Shown here in pieces: positions 22,014 through 33,051 of a DNA stretch of 64,000 bases. The DNA is taken from the IMG/VR virus record IMGVR_UViG_3300032219_002522, positions 1 through 64,000 of that record; one strand, 5' to 3'. A model generated the notes under the pieces. It was not told the DNA's origin. It saw only the letters and a program-made list of their open reading frames with translations, and did no database searches. Each line of letters opens with the position of its first letter. Positions within the stretch are counted from its first letter, which is position 1. The translations under genes and the position numbers were made by a program. The stretch comes from a virus. Its lineage: Duplodnaviria; Caudoviricetes.

Positions 22014-23180
22014 ATGAAAAATATACTTCTTTTTGAATCTTATGTTAATAAAATATATGAAATAAGATTCGATCAGCATTGGATTGAAAGAACTAGCTTA
22101 AAAGATGTAAGGTCTAGAGCTGTACCATATAATAGTAACTTTAGCTACGGATTTAAAATCACCGGGTTTTTAGATGATAAAAACAATAAGATCCCTAAGA
22201 ATTCTGCTATCAAATCGCTTAATATTGATGAGGATACTATCAACAATTATATAGGTAAAGCAATTCATTATGTAACTAATAGTAAAAAGCTAAGAGATTG
22301 GATGCCTAATGATAGGAATCCTATACAGATGGTTGATCTTGGAAGAATATGCTTTAATAACGGGAATGATAAATATTATCCTATAATAAAATCAGGTAAG
22401 GGTCCTGGAGAGCCAGATCAATTTTATACAGAGGGCGACAATATATGGGGAGCAGTTAAAGATAACGACCTAGGAATTACTGTGAAATATTATTCATCTG
22501 ATGGGAGTGGTATGGATAGAATGTATGCTGATTTTCAAAGAGACACAAAATTCTCTGCTAATGTTTTTTATCAAAATTCATCTTGGGCATATCCTTACGG
22601 TGAAGAATTTGAAATGGTTGTAGATCTTACTGATGACAATCCAGTATCTATTGATAGTAAGTTAAAAGAGCAGTCTGAGGGAAGAGAATGGAAAATGGGT
22701 CCTGAGGAAAGAGAAGAACATGTTCTTGCTGAACCGAATTATTTTGCTCTTGAATTAAAAAGAATACAATTATCCCCTGGATTAGTAATTGCTATAGAGA
22801 ATCGAGAAACAGGAAAGAAAAACCTTTATCAAGTTTCTTATATATCTAATGCTGAAGATCTCTATCAAACATATTTAGAAGACAAAAAAAATAAAACGGA
22901 TCTTTTAAAATCGCAGCCTTTAATTTTTGTCGGTGTACCTGTTGAAGAAATTGTTAGATTTATAGGTAATAAGCCAATTAATAAAATATCGGTAATTGGA
23001 TCGAGCATTGGAAAAAAAATAACCTTAAATCCTGGTGATTTCGTATACATAAAACAACAGGTAAGATCTAGTTATGGGGGGGTAGATGATCCTAATGTTA
23101 GATATAAATTTAAATTTGTTACATCAGAGCCTAGTATATTAAAAAGAGGATCAGCTCAGATAGCTTTAGAATACGTATAA
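22014..23180 (+). CDS. Hypothetical protein with MKNILLFESY motif
   Basis: ORF track, 388 aa. Confidence 0.65.
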   Translation: MKNILLFESYVNKIYEIRFDQHWIERTSLKDVRSRAVPYNSNFSYGFKITGFLDDKNNKIPKNSAIKSLNIDEDTINNYIGKAIHYVTNSKKLRDWMPNDRNPIQMVDLGRICFNNGNDKYYPIIKSGKGPGEPDQFYTEGDNIWGAVKDNDLGITVKYYSSDGSGMDRMYADFQRDTKFSANVFYQNSSWAYPYGEEFEMVVDLTDDNPVSIDSKLKEQSEGREWKMGPEEREEHVLAEPNYFALELKRIQLSPGLVIAIENRETGKKNLYQVSYISNAEDLYQTYLEDKKNKTDLLKSQPLIFVGVPVEEIVRFIGNKPINKISVIGSSIGKKITLNPGDFVYIKQQVRSSYGGVDDPNVRYKFKFVTSEPSILKRGSAQIALEYV

Positions 23181-23181
23181 A

Positions 23182-23451
23182 TTATATTCTTTTTATTGAT
23201 ATTTTAAGATCCCCGGATCCTTTTACGAGGCGATGATAATCGCCTCTTTTTATTTCTATAGGTTCTTTTAATTCTATTGGTAGCTGATTATCAAATTGAA
23301 ATTTCCAATCAGTTTCTCCTATACATTGAATAATCCTATCCTCTTCATCAAAGTGCCACTTAAGTTCTTCATCAAAGACATCAGATTTAAATACTCTGAT
23401 GGATTCATTGTTTGAAATCCACTCCTCTTCAAAAGGTAAATCTTTATCCAT
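23182..23451 (-). CDS. Small cupin-like phage protein
   Basis: ELKWHFDEEDR, W.FQFDN.LP, YHRLVKG. Confidence 0.6.
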   Translation of the reverse strand: MDKDLPFEEEWISNNESIRVFKSDVFDEELKWHFDEEDRIIQCIGETDWKFQFDNQLPIELKEPIEIKRGDYHRLVKGSGDLKISIKRI

Positions 23452-24001
23452 ACTTTATATATTTAATAAAGTATTTTATTTAAATCTACCCTCTTTAGAT
23501 ATAGACTCGATATATTCATTAAGGGTCATTTCTTCTCCACCTTTTATAACTACAAAGTTAAATCTTGTGTTATCTATATCTTCATTTGATGTTCTATCTT
23601 CTATATCAATTAAAGGTAATCTAAATTTAATTTTGCTTATTATAGATTTTCTAGTTTCCACGTCGTTAAATTCAAATGCGTGTTGGTTAAATATTTCAGA
23701 TATTTCTTCTCTCAAAATATCTGCTTCAACACTAGAGGGAAGGAGATTGTTTAGTATTGAGTTATTGGATAGATGTACTGACATCGTGGGTATTAATTCA
23801 ATCTTCATCATTAAAACTGGTTGCATGGTAACCTCATCTATCCATGTATCAAAACTAAAATCCTTGATCTTATCCTGATGCTGCTCTAGATAATCCTCTA
23901 TTACTTCTATACATCCTTCATAATCATCAGAAAGATCTGTAATGTTAAAAACAAAGAATTTTTTTAACGTCTGTGAGTCTCTTTGAAGTTTCTCTATCTT
24001 T

Positions 24002-25630
24002 TTAAATATAAGATCTCGAATCTCTGTTTTTATATTTTCCATCATAAAAATTTATAAGTTCTTTTGATCTATTATACTGGTGAATTATTGATGGTTTCAT
24101 ACCATTAACCTCCACGTAATCATCCTTTATAACTATTGAATTCTTATCTCTTTGTGAGGTTATCCCTACAGTAGCTATAAAGTCCCCACATGGCTTAATT
24201 TCATGATTTTTAAACATTAGTTCTTTTGTTCTTACTATAAAATTATGAACCCCTTGATCTATACCTTCCGATGCTATAGAAGGGTCAGATTCTACTTTCT
24301 CAGTCATTAACATAACCATTGACTTAAGATAATTAAGAATATTCTTATAAGATCCTATAGTAGTTCCTGCACATATTATTGGGTATTCCCCTATTTTGTT
24401 TAGTATCTCATCTCCGAATGTTATAGAAATCCATCTAGAATTAAATGAATTGTTTTTTATTGGCTCTCCTTCATATTCTTGAGAGAATATTATAAATTCC
24501 TTTCTGGTTTCCATATCGAAAGGATTTGCCTGGAAAACAACATCTGTTACATCGGTTATTAATATCTTCTCGTATTTCTTTTTATTCTCCGTAACGAAGT
24601 CTAGAAATTTATAAAATCTATGAATATTAAGATTAAAATTCATGTTATAGATGGTGTTAAATGAGCTAGAAAGCATCTTTACATTGTATTGATTTAAAAC
24701 GGAAATTAAATCGCTCTTAGGCGCTATATTCGTTATTAAATACACATCATCATCATGATTGAAACTCCTAAAAGACTTTACAAAGTTGATAACATCATTC
24801 CCTGATAATCCTATTGCGGCACCAATTACTAAATTCCGCTTAGTCTCTATTTTAAGTGGAGGAATACCCTTCTCTAGTATTCTCCAGTTATTAGGAAGAT
24901 CCGGATTTTTTTCTGGCTCTATTCGTTCAAATTTTCTCCATTCTCCGAAAAGATCCCTTCCTTCTGAGATTGATCTTTCTATATGATCCATATTTTTATA
25001 TTCCTCCTTATTGTATTCCTGATGTGCAAAATTTTCTAATTTGTTTGCAATTCTTTCTGCTCCTCCAAAATATGTTAGATGCCATCCTCCGTTTTCCCAC
25101 CATTGACAATCAAATGTTAATCTACATTCGTCCGGCGTTTTATTTTTTAGAGTTCCCCAATTTACAACTTTAGGGTGATACCATTTATTTGTAATTTCTT
25201 TATTTCGGAAATCCCCAAAATATGTGGTCATCTCCATTTTGTTTATACATTGAAGATCGTATGAATTTTTTATATAGTTTACTCTTTCGGAATTAAGTAT
25301 CTCATCAACATCAGTTATAAAAACTATATCTTTATCCTTTAATCCTAATGTATAGAGAGTAGGCATAAAAGAATTTCTTTGGAATTTTTCTCTACCCCAA
25401 GCATCCTCTATATGACTTGGATAATAGACTTTTACGTTTACTATCTTATCTAGCCACTTTTCGAATCTCCATTTATTCTCATCAAAAATAAATCTCTTGT
25501 TTTCCCCTTTGTGGGTTCTTTCCGCCTCAACTAGTACAAATACATCTACAACGTCATATAGCTCTTCTAATCTTAATTCTAATATTTCTAGCTCATTGTA
25601 AAATGTAAAACAGTCTATAACTTTTTTCAT
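24002..25630 (-). CDS. Two-domain glycosyltransferase (N-terminal GT17-like + second GT-A domain)
   Basis: IDCFTFYNELEILELRL, FQRN, ITDVDEI, GWHLTYFGG, FAHQEYN; second half ITDVTDVVFQ.NPF, DQGVHN, HQYNR. Confidence 0.85.
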   Translation of the reverse strand: MKKVIDCFTFYNELEILELRLEELYDVVDVFVLVEAERTHKGENKRFIFDENKWRFEKWLDKIVNVKVYYPSHIEDAWGREKFQRNSFMPTLYTLGLKDKDIVFITDVDEILNSERVNYIKNSYDLQCINKMEMTTYFGDFRNKEITNKWYHPKVVNWGTLKNKTPDECRLTFDCQWWENGGWHLTYFGGAERIANKLENFAHQEYNKEEYKNMDHIERSISEGRDLFGEWRKFERIEPEKNPDLPNNWRILEKGIPPLKIETKRNLVIGAAIGLSGNDVINFVKSFRSFNHDDDVYLITNIAPKSDLISVLNQYNVKMLSSSFNTIYNMNFNLNIHRFYKFLDFVTENKKKYEKILITDVTDVVFQANPFDMETRKEFIIFSQEYEGEPIKNNSFNSRWISITFGDEILNKIGEYPIICAGTTIGSYKNILNYLKSMVMLMTEKVESDPSIASEGIDQGVHNFIVRTKELMFKNHEIKPCGDFIATVGITSQRDKNSIVIKDDYVEVNGMKPSIIHQYNRSKELINFYDGKYKNRDSRSYI

Positions 25631-25930
25631 ATGCATTTTAGAATAATTTAATGGTATTGTTTCGATAATATATAGGATATGGACTACAAAGAATATTTAG
25701 AAAATGTAAAAAAGAAGCTAGATGCTTTAAATAAAGCTTCTGGGGTTAATCCTGAAGAGGATAGAGAGTTGAAAAAACAAATGCAACAATCACAAATGCC
25801 ATCGGACGAAATATTCGATATGCTTGGTAATGGAGCTAAATTGTGGATGGAAAAGAATAAAAATCAAAATTCTCTGTAACTAATCAGGATTTGTATGATA
25901 AGAATTCTATAAATCCATTAAAAAATAATA

Positions 25931-26809
25931 ATGCGGGAATTTAAAATAATTAACCGGATCACAAACACTACAGATAACCTAACAAGGTACTTCAACGAGA
26001 TATCAAAATACGAAACATTAAGTCCAGAAAAAGAAGCTGAATTGGCTACAATGGCTAAGAATGGGGACGCAAAGGCTAAGGACGCAGTTTTAAAATCTAA
26101 TTTAAGATTTGTTGTATCTGTCGCAAAATCTTATGTTTCTACTCATACTTTATTAGAAGATCTTATATCGGAAGGAAACAAAGGTCTAGTTGAAGCTATA
26201 GAGAATTTCGATCCTACTAACGGATTTAAATTTATTAGCTATGCTGTTTGGCATATCAGAAAGAATATATTAATTTATCTTAATAACTACTCTAGAGCTA
26301 TTAGAATTCCAATAAATGTAAATCAAGAGATGCGTAAGTATCATGAGATAGAAGGGGCTTTTATATCTTATAACGGTAGGGAACCTTCAATAGAGGAGAT
26401 GCTTGAAATAATAGAAAATCCCGATTCTGGATTTTCTATTTCAAATAATGCTATAGAAACTATCAAGAACAATCCAATATCTATACCTTTAGAAAATTAC
26501 GGAAGTGATAACGAGGAAAGTATGTCCCCGTTAAATTGGTTACAATCGTCAGATAATACAGACGGAATAATAGTAAACGAGGATCTAAGAAAAATTATCA
26601 TGAGTGTTATTTCTGAATTAAAACCTATGGAAAGAGAAATAACTATTTTAAAGTATGGACTAGGTGAATCTAAAGAGCCTATGAGCTATAAATCCATAGC
26701 AGAAAAATTAGAAAGAACTCCTGAGTGGGCCAGAGGGATTTACAAGAAAGCTGAAATAAGAATGGAATCTATTATTAGAAAGAGAAAAATAAAAGGTCTA
26801 TTTTTTTAA
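25931..26809 (+). CDS. Second, more divergent sigma70-family factor
   Basis: SNLRFVVSVAKSY, DLISEGNKGL.EA..FDPT.GFKFISYAVWHIR; divergent region 4.2 (RTPEWARGI). Confidence 0.9.
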   Translation: MREFKIINRITNTTDNLTRYFNEISKYETLSPEKEAELATMAKNGDAKAKDAVLKSNLRFVVSVAKSYVSTHTLLEDLISEGNKGLVEAIENFDPTNGFKFISYAVWHIRKNILIYLNNYSRAIRIPINVNQEMRKYHEIEGAFISYNGREPSIEEMLEIIENPDSGFSISNNAIETIKNNPISIPLENYGSDNEESMSPLNWLQSSDNTDGIIVNEDLRKIIMSVISELKPMEREITILKYGLGESKEPMSYKSIAEKLERTPEWARGIYKKAEIRMESIIRKRKIKGLFF

Positions 26810-27188
26810 TTAAGAAAGTTCGACCTCCTCTATTCTAAAAGGAAATTTGGTTCCGTATCTATAAGAACAAAACAAATCAAATTCTTCCTCATTCATTTTT
26901 TCTGTATGAAATTCCATTTTTTCCCAGGGTATATCAGACTCTTTATCTTTTAGATATAAATCAAAAACATCTTTGCCTTTTTCTATTTGTTTTATTAAAG
27001 ATTTATTTAGATCTAATTTTATTTTTTCTGCTCTATTTTTAGAAATGGTTATTTTTTCAATCCATTCATTTCTAGATTCTCCCTCAATGGCTGATCCCTT
27101 TATTATATACGCTTTTTTGTTATTCATATATGCTAATTTAAGAAATACTTTTAAAACTAGACGATATATATAATAACAAATCTTAAAA

Positions 27189-28013
27189 ATGAAACATCTT
27201 AAGAGCCTAGAAGAATTTAAATCTGTTAACGAGCAGCTATTTAGAGATGGCGAGACTTTAATGAAATTACTTGCAGGTGAAAAATTAAAAGACTCTCCAA
27301 TTAGTGGATCCGTAACAATAAAAGGATCGATATCAGGAGATAAATCTAAGAATGCTCAAGCAGTTATAAACTCGATGAATAAGCATGGTATAACAAACCC
27401 ATATACACAAAAAGCTATACTTGGTGTAATAGGTAAAGAATGCGGTTTTGTTCCACAAAATGAAACTTCATATTCTACAACAGCATCATCAAGAATAAGA
27501 TCAATATTTGGAAGCAGAGTTAGTAAAATGACTGATGCACAAATTGATCAACTAAAAAGTAACGACGAGGCTTTCTATAATTATCTTTACGGAGGAAGAT
27601 ATGGAAATTCACCAAACGAGGGATACAAATATAGAGGTAGAGGATTTAATGGTATAACATTTAAAGGAATCTATCAAAACATGCAAAAACTACTAGACAA
27701 AATGGGAAAACTTGATAGAAAAGTTGATATAGTTGCCAATCCCGATGTTGTAAATGATATAGATGTTGCTGCAGAATGTGCGGTTCTTTATTTTCTAGAT
27801 AGAGCATCCAGCCCACTGATGTCTCAAAAATATGGAGTAAAAGATATAAACGGATTCAAGGATCAAGAAACCGCATTAAAAGCAATGGTTAATGCCAATG
27901 CTGGATGGGGTACCAATTTAAATAGTCCATTTATGACAGAGAACCTAAATAAAGCTAGAGATGTAGCACAGCAATTTAGCGTTTCAGATCTAGGTAATAC
28001 AAACGTAGCTTAA
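27189..28013 (+). CDS. GH19-like lysozyme-fold protein with MKHLKS..NEQLF N-module
   Basis: KECGF, YGGRYGN, GYKYRGRGFNGITFK..Y. Confidence 0.7.
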   Translation: MKHLKSLEEFKSVNEQLFRDGETLMKLLAGEKLKDSPISGSVTIKGSISGDKSKNAQAVINSMNKHGITNPYTQKAILGVIGKECGFVPQNETSYSTTASSRIRSIFGSRVSKMTDAQIDQLKSNDEAFYNYLYGGRYGNSPNEGYKYRGRGFNGITFKGIYQNMQKLLDKMGKLDRKVDIVANPDVVNDIDVAAECAVLYFLDRASSPLMSQKYGVKDINGFKDQETALKAMVNANAGWGTNLNSPFMTENLNKARDVAQQFSVSDLGNTNVA

Positions 28014-28026
28014 TTATTTTTTAGTA

Positions 28027-28374
28027 TTATTTTCTAAATTTATTAGGAAATATTCTTCTCCACTCGTGGCCCTGTGGAACATCTTTAGCTCGAACACCGA
28101 ATATTTTTTCTTCTGGGCATGGATCCATTTCTCTAGCCATCCTGTTATTCATCCATGTTTCTATTTTAACAAAGTTGTTATTACAAGCCCATGTCTCTAT
28201 AGATCTGTTCCATGATGAACCAACCATAAAAGGGAAGTTAATATTTGAGTTGTTTACCACGTCCATTATTTGGCTTCCTTGTAATTCTACTTTTATTTCA
28301 CCAAAGTTTCTATGCTTAAGAATCATTGTTCTTTGGCTAAAGTTCTCGTATAATTCTAGATGATTCATTACCAT
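28027..28374 (-). CDS. Hypothetical protein (MNHLELYENF motif)
   Basis: ORF track. Confidence 0.6.
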   Translation of the reverse strand: MVMNHLELYENFSQRTMILKHRNFGEIKVELQGSQIMDVVNNSNINFPFMVGSSWNRSIETWACNNNFVKIETWMNNRMAREMDPCPEEKIFGVRAKDVPQGHEWRRIFPNKFRK

Positions 28375-28940
28375 GGATTACTTGATTTGATTCCTAAAAG
28401 CTTCCTGTATCGTGCGACGTTACACGCCCAATACTTAGCTTTCCATTTAGGGCCCGGCGAATCACACCTCATTCTTTTTTGGAAAGATCTAGCTTTTTTT
28501 GGATCGTTGTTGTTTACTCTCATACCTGGTTCTCCAAATCCAACCTTAACAACATTTCCTTTTTCGTTATTCGTATAAACTCCAAATTTCCTAGGTCCAG
28601 AAGGTGTTCTGAAAGGTCGATTGAGGTTTACTTTTCTACCTCTGTATTCTGCTTCATGTAGCTCTTCTACATCTTCAAAAGGCACGTCGAGAAGAACCTC
28701 TCTTCCCTCGTATATTCCCTTTTTGCCAGCATCTGTTTCGACCAGCCAAATTTCATCTTCGGTTAGACCAATTTTTCCTTGATAGAATAAATCCCTAGCT
28801 TCGTTAACTGTGTCTAGCCAAGCATCAGATTCTATTCTAAAAACACTCTCTAACAGGCTTATATTGTTATCAAAGTGGTAAGATAAGTTTTCTGATAATG
28901 AATAGCTTTTAAAGCCGTTAAAATCGCTTATATGCTTCAT
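28368..28940 (-). CDS. Conserved jumbo-phage protein (DUF6321-like)
   Basis: EAEYRGRKV.LN.PFR, VKVGFG, ARSF..RM.C, YWAC. Confidence 0.6.
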   Translation of the reverse strand: MKHISDFNGFKSYSLSENLSYHFDNNISLLESVFRIESDAWLDTVNEARDLFYQGKIGLTEDEIWLVETDAGKKGIYEGREVLLDVPFEDVEELHEAEYRGRKVNLNRPFRTPSGPRKFGVYTNNEKGNVVKVGFGEPGMRVNNNDPKKARSFQKRMRCDSPGPKWKAKYWACNVARYRKLLGIKSSNPW

Positions 28941-28949
28941 TATAATTTT

Positions 28950-29675
28950 TTATTTAATCAGATTATTTTCAAATATGATATCAGCAATCATTCTTGATAT
29001 TTTAGTATCTGATGGATAATGTATTCCTGTTACCTCTCTGCTATCTGCAATTTTCCTTCCTAAATTTTGTAAATCTTCCGAAATTTCTGGATATTTATCT
29101 GCATAATAATCAGCCATTACAAAAGCAGTAAGTGAGTGTCCACTAGGATATGCTGCAGTCATAGCATTAGTACGAATAAGAGGATAAAGAGGCAAATCAT
29201 AAGCTTTAGCAAGTTGGTATGGCCTTGGACGATTTATAACATCCTTAAGAAAATTTAATATTACGTCGGTTTGATTATCTACCATGAAATATCCCTCCAT
29301 AGTTTCACTGTATCCTTTAGATTGTAAAAGATCTATAAACAAGTTAGGAAGATTATTTTGATCGTCAGCATATCTAGCAAAATTGAGATCGTCTCCCGTT
29401 GCTTTAGATGTTTTTTCTATTAAAATTGAGAGATCCTCCTTTGTCGTTTCACTACTATTAAGAGGTGCTTCCTCTATGATTTTTTTAATAAGCCCCTCTT
29501 TTTCGAACCAATTTTTTATTGGATCTTTCTTATCCTCAATAATTTCTTTAAATTCTATAGGAGCATTTCCGTATACTATTCCGTCTATATTTTCACCATC
29601 CTTGGTATAGGTGGACGTATCTTTTTCTAATATAGATTTTTGTTTAAATAGGTTAAAATATTCTATATGTCTCAT
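28950..29675 (-). CDS. PAP2-superfamily acid phosphatase
   Basis: K...NRPRP, YPSGH, SR...GIHYPSD. Confidence 0.85.
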   Translation of the reverse strand: MRHIEYFNLFKQKSILEKDTSTYTKDGENIDGIVYGNAPIEFKEIIEDKKDPIKNWFEKEGLIKKIIEEAPLNSSETTKEDLSILIEKTSKATGDDLNFARYADDQNNLPNLFIDLLQSKGYSETMEGYFMVDNQTDVILNFLKDVINRPRPYQLAKAYDLPLYPLIRTNAMTAAYPSGHSLTAFVMADYYADKYPEISEDLQNLGRKIADSREVTGIHYPSDTKISRMIADIIFENNLIK

Positions 29676-31677
29676 ATAAGACTATATATCGATTAAATTA
29701 ATCTTTAATCTCTAAACCACCATATCATACCATCCCAAAGAGCATCACCATGATTAATCCAAGATTCGAATCTTCTATCTTCACGAAAATCTTCTTTGTC
29801 TAAAATATCATCTTCAGTTTCTTTATGATCCTTAGGCATGCAACTATTTTTTTCATTTGTTTTTATTTTTTAATGTAAATTTCTCTATTCGGTTCATCAT
29901 AGTCTAGCGACATATCACGAATGATTGCTGAATAAACCCATTCCGCTGTTAATTCTGAGTAGCATGTACAAATTACTTCTTCTCGGGTTATTTTACCTGT
30001 ATCTGGGTCTATATCTCTATAACAGATTTCGTAAGATTTTTCTTTATTCATTTTTATTTTAATTAAGATCCCAGTAAGGACCGAGAATAAAACGTGTATC
30101 CTTCCAGTCGGTTATTTCAGCTTTGTGTTTTTCGTTAAACTCTTCTGCCTCTTTTTCGTAACCATAAATTTCTGGTTGATCATAATGATTAATCTTTGCT
30201 AACCTTATTAATTCTTGATAATGGGTATCGAGGATATAACCTTTAAGTGGTGTTACAGATCCCACACAAGAATGGAGAGTGATTTTTCGTCCGTCGTAAA
30301 GAACATAATAGTAATCTTCTTCATCATCAGCTATTCCAATAAAACGCAAAACGCGGTCACTACAAATTACGAATTGACCTTTTAGATTATTAAACTCGTT
30401 TGTAAATATTTCTAGATTGTTCATTTATTTTATCCTATTTTAATTTAAACCATCACCAATCTCTTTATCAAAGTCCTTCATCACAGATTGGAAATAAGAA
30501 TCATTCTTAGTTTTAGCATCTTGCCAGGCTTCTTTTCTGTCGCCCCACATTATCCACAAACGGAAAAAATCATATATTATTTTAATCTTCCTCTTCATCA
30601 TCATCCTCATCAAGATCCGACATTAAATCCCTAATGTACTCTCCGTGTAAATCTACGGATCTTAAAGTTTTTCCTGATCCATCAGGAATAGCCCAACACG
30701 GTATCCCATCTAAATTATAAGATGGCAAAAGACCTTTTGATAATATCCAATCTGATATTTCCACAGTGGCTTTCCTTTTTGCCGATAATATTTCTGCCTT
30801 ACGAAAAGCTGCTCTGGATTCAAGCTTTAATTTTATTTTATTCCATTCTTCTTCTGGAATATATTCTAATAATTCTATTATAGACTTATCCATTATTTTA
30901 TTTTTTCTAGCCAGTTAGATAAATGATCTTCAGGAGATAATTCGTCCCATTCGTAATCTGTGAATCCCTTTCTACAATATTCACCAAAGTTTATTAAATC
31001 AGTAGCACTAAATCCGGGGGTTCTTTTTAGAACATTTTCTACCCTTTCTGGTGATGCATCTTCTCCTTCTTTTTCAATCTCCTTCCATTCCTTCTCTATT
31101 GATTCGGAATCCATTGAATTGAATTTTTCTGCTAACATAGCAGTTAGCTTCATTTCATTTAGGTTCATACTTTTTTTATTTGTTTTATGTAATCTTCGTT
31201 AATCATTGTTCTAGTTGATCCGGTATTTTCGTAATTATCTACAGGAATCCATTTAGTAACCATTGTGTCTAGGTCTTTGTACTCACAAGGAAATGCAACG
31301 ATAGAAGTCTTCTTTATACCTTCTCCTTCACATTCTAATTCCATCCAGGTTGATTTATCAAAGTAGTTTCTTAATGCGCTCCAATTTTCCATATCGGTGG
31401 TTAACCACATATTATCTTCTAATCTTATTGCATCTTCAATCTGCTTTTGTATTTCCTGTGATAGCTGCTCTTTTTGATCGTCCGACAATCTTTTTCCAAA
31501 ATTCCTGACAAGATCTGACGGGTACATTGCAGAAGCTATACTATATCTTCCACAAAAATATCGGAGTGATGACCAGGTTAAATCCCATTCCCAATCGGAC
31601 AAAGGTTTAATTTTTTGATCTTTTTTCATGTTTTTTATATACAAATTATCAATTTAAGTTTCCGGATACATATTCTT

Positions 31678-32007
31678 ATGATAGAAGGATACGTATATCT
31701 TATGGTCGAAGGGGATCAATATGGGGAGGAGAAGTACAAAATTGGAGTTACTAAAAATGATCCCTCTTTGCGTCTGAAAAAATTAAAAACCGGAAATTCC
31801 GGTGAGCTTTCCGTTTTAAAAGCATACAAAAGTAGAAATTATAAAAGGATAGAAAAAATGATTCATAGAAAATATTCTAATAAAAGAACACTATCACAAA
31901 ATGAATTCTTTCATCTAGAAGACGAGGACGTTTTAAACTTTATTGAAGAGTGTAAAATGATAGAGATTATAATAGATGCTCTAAAAGAAAATCCCTTTTA
32001 TAAATAA
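31678..32007 (+). CDS. GIY-YIG nuclease (T5orf172/MUG113-like)
   Basis: GYVYL, YKIG.T, RLKKL.TGN, EK.IH, EFF; start refined to 31678. Confidence 0.8.
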   Translation: MIEGYVYLMVEGDQYGEEKYKIGVTKNDPSLRLKKLKTGNSGELSVLKAYKSRNYKRIEKMIHRKYSNKRTLSQNEFFHLEDEDVLNFIEECKMIEIIIDALKENPFYK

Positions 32008-32008
32008 A

Positions 32009-32614
32009 CTATTTTCTAGGCTTTCTATTCTTCTTAGCTTGTTGATAAAGCTTTTTGTCGTGCATTTTTGTTGTTTTACCCCCAGTAACAAAAGAATTTA
32101 CCCTAGCCATTGCCCATTGTTGAGGGGTGGTTCCTGGGATATGTCCAGTTTTCCAAGCTGCATAACCTCTTTTCCAAACTTGAGTTAGTATTCCTTGAGG
32201 AAATCCTGTTTTATCAGATTTATTTTTAAGAGCTTTTCTAACTGGACTTGATGGAGAATTTACACCCTCATTTAAGAATCCATCAAATTCCATTATTTCA
32301 GATTCACTAAGAGTATCTAAGAATTCTATAAATTCATTTTTTAGATCCTCCATTACTGACATAAATTCTGAAGGATCTGTTATTAGATTCTCTCCGAACA
32401 TTTGTTTATATTTACTGGTGTATTTGCTTGTTTTTGTTTTCACTGGCTTACCCACGCCCGCTTTGCGCGATTTGTAATCAGCATCCCAAGGACCGTATGC
32501 TGAATCATCATCATCTTTTTTGTTAGCGTGCTTTTTTATCTCCCTTTTCATCACGTTGGGATTTGTTGACAGATACTTTTTGGGTAATTTCATACTATAT
32601 TTATCCAACTTCAC
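32009..32614 (-). CDS. Conserved large-virus protein (DUF5824-like)
   Basis: L.QVWKRG.AAWKTGH.PG.TPQQWA.ARVNSF. Confidence 0.6.
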   Translation of the reverse strand: MKLDKYSMKLPKKYLSTNPNVMKREIKKHANKKDDDDSAYGPWDADYKSRKAGVGKPVKTKTSKYTSKYKQMFGENLITDPSEFMSVMEDLKNEFIEFLDTLSESEIMEFDGFLNEGVNSPSSPVRKALKNKSDKTGFPQGILTQVWKRGYAAWKTGHIPGTTPQQWAMARVNSFVTGGKTTKMHDKKLYQQAKKNRKPRK

Positions 32615-32670
32615 TAAATCATTTTTTTAAAATAAATGAAATCTCTAGGTTTGCAGCAATTATCAAAAAT

Positions 32671-33051
32671 ATGGAATTTAGAAGAAGCAAATTCAGCAGA
32701 AGAATAAGAAAGAAAAAAAGAATTGGAGAATTCAGAGAATATGGATTTTCTATCGATGTTTATTGTGGACCAGATCCAGAAGGAAAAATACTAGATCGAG
32801 TAATCGATATTATTATATCTAAGGGAATGGATTGTACAGGAGGAGGGGATCAGGAGAAATACCAGTTCTTTATTGACGGAATAAAAAATGAATCAGATAA
32901 AGAATGGATTTCTAATGAAATTAAAAAAATCGAAGAAGTACAAGATGTAGTATACTACAAAACTGTTGATTTGTGGCACGATAACTCAGAATACTTTGAA
33001 GAAATTGATAAAATTAGAAAGGAATATGAGGAGAAAAAGGGAACATCCTAG
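32671..33051 (+). CDS. YggL/DUF469-like 50S ribosome-binding protein
   Basis: SRRIRKKKRIGEF.EYGF..GGG...D.W; start refined to 32671 downstream of TAGGTTTG. Confidence 0.7.
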   Translation: MEFRRSKFSRRIRKKKRIGEFREYGFSIDVYCGPDPEGKILDRVIDIIISKGMDCTGGGDQEKYQFFIDGIKNESDKEWISNEIKKIEEVQDVVYYKTVDLWHDNSEYFEEIDKIRKEYEEKKGTS

